From the NCBI RefSeq assembly GCF_003334305.1, contig NZ_QOWS01000079.1: 410 nt of DNA, one strand, 5' to 3'. How positions within the stretch are numbered: the first letter of the stretch is position 1; each line of letters starts with the position of its first letter. Position numbers and translations under genes: made by a program. Positions 1-410 of this stretch are shown here, one piece after another. The notes beneath the pieces are model-generated. The model searched no databases and was not told the origin of the DNA. It saw only the letters and a list, made by a program, of their open reading frames with translations. Source of the stretch: Escherichia coli. GTDB lineage: Bacteria > Pseudomonadota > Gammaproteobacteria > Enterobacterales > Enterobacteriaceae.

Positions 1-410
1 CTGGATATCGATATCCCGTATGCGACGGACCCGGCAGGAAACCGGCTGCCGGACCCGGAACTGCACCCGGACAGCACCCTCACGGCGTGGCCGGATAACC
101 GCATCGCGGAAGATGCGCACTATGTCTACCGCTACGATGAATACGGCAGGCTGGCGGAGAAGACGGACCGCATCCCGGAAGGGGTGATACGGATGCACGA
201 CGAGCGGACCCACCACTACCACTACGACAGCCAGCACCGTCTGGTGTTCTACACGCGGATACAGCACGGTGAGCCGCAGGTGGAGAGCCGCTACCTCTAT
301 GACCCGCTGGGCCGCCGGACGGGAAAACGGGTGTGGCGGCGGGAGCGTGACCTGACGGGGTGGATGTCGCTGTCGCGTAAACCGGAGGAGACCTGGTACG
401 GGTGGGACGG
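1..410 (+). CDS. Rhs-family / YD-repeat protein, internal core fragment (5' and 3' partial); polymorphic toxin shell region
   Basis: Frame 1 (codons starting at nt 1) is open across all 136 complete codons, while + frames 2 and 3 contain stops (frame 2: TGA at 185 and 353; frame 3: TAA at 96 and 378, TGA at 138, 300 and 348). Translation: [137 protein letters not shown]. It carries YD-repeat motifs (consensus roughly xYxYDxxGRL) at nt 13-48 (degenerate, [12 protein letters not shown]), 121-153 ([11 protein letters not shown]), 211-246 ([12 protein letters not shown]), 289-333 ([15 protein letters not shown]) and 394-410 (WYGWDG, cut by the window edge). Codon third positions are strongly G/C-biased (CCG, CTG, CGC, GAC, TAC), as expected for a real high-GC coding frame. 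The match to enterobacterial Rhs core is from memory, not a database search. The specific paralog cannot be assigned, so no gene symbol is given. Confidence 0.85.
   Translation, partial: MDIDIPYATDPAGNRLPDPELHPDSTLTAWPDNRIAEDAHYVYRYDEYGRLAEKTDRIPEGVIRMHDERTHHYHYDSQHRLVFYTRIQHGEPQVESRYLYDPLGRRTGKRVWRRERDLTGWMSLSRKPEETWYGWD

Noticed and set aside
3-16. Tandem EcoRV sites at the window edge as a possible cloning-vector or polylinker junction.
   Set aside because: The reading frame passes straight through the palindrome with Rhs-like protein sequence on both sides ([16 protein letters not shown]), and no polylinker I know of has this arrangement. It is most likely native sequence.
27-72. Recurring GGACCCGG / CCCGGAC short repeats (27-34, 51-58, 66-72).
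   Set aside because: They reflect repeated Asp-Pro dipeptides ([14 protein letters not shown]) encoded with the same preferred codons, not a DNA-level repeat element or binding-site array.
193-195. In-frame ATG (Met65) preceded by a purine-rich AAGGGG about 8 nt upstream (nt 178-184), which resembles a ribosome-binding site and internal start.
   Set aside because: The frame runs uninterrupted and Rhs-like both upstream and downstream, so the Met is simply an internal residue. The Shine-Dalgarno resemblance is weak and expected by chance in G-rich sequence.
214-225. Tandem direct repeat CACTAC-CACTAC.
   Set aside because: Only two copies, and it is the direct consequence of encoding H-Y-H-Y in a YD-repeat motif. 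It is too short to be a meaningful simple-sequence-repeat or phase-variation tract.
364-366. In-frame ATG (Met122) preceded by GGGG.
   Set aside because: Spacing to the G-run is only about 3 nt, which is too short for a ribosome-binding site, and the codon lies within continuous conserved coding sequence.
1-410. The minus-strand frame in codon register with + frame 1 is open across the entire window.
   Set aside because: It is open only because frame 1 has no CTA, TTA or TCA codons. Long open antisense frames are a routine artefact of GC-rich coding sequence. The YD-repeat motifs and the GC3 bias are in the + frame; the other two minus frames contain stops (seven CTA/TAG positions in one, one at 80-82 in the other).
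1-410. Any RNA gene, CRISPR repeat, promoter, terminator, or transposon/IS end.
   Set aside because: No spaced direct-repeat array, no tRNA-like structure, no sigma70 -35/-10 pair with sensible spacing, and no GC-rich hairpin followed by a T-run. The window is fully explained by one coding frame.

Overview
The whole 410-bp window is an internal piece of a single protein-coding gene on the + strand, in frame 1, with no start or stop codon in the window. The translation is a run of YD/Rhs repeats (for example [44 protein letters not shown]), so this is the conserved core of an Rhs-family (rearrangement hot spot) polymorphic toxin. From memory it closely resembles enterobacterial (E. coli-type) Rhs core sequence, but I could not run a search. 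Base composition is about 65% GC (266/410 by hand count), with G/C strongly favoured at codon third positions. I see no RNA gene, CRISPR array, promoter, terminator or mobile-element end. Nothing in this window is itself novel: this is the most conserved part of an Rhs gene, and any new biology (the C-terminal toxin domain and its immunity gene) would lie downstream, outside what I can see.
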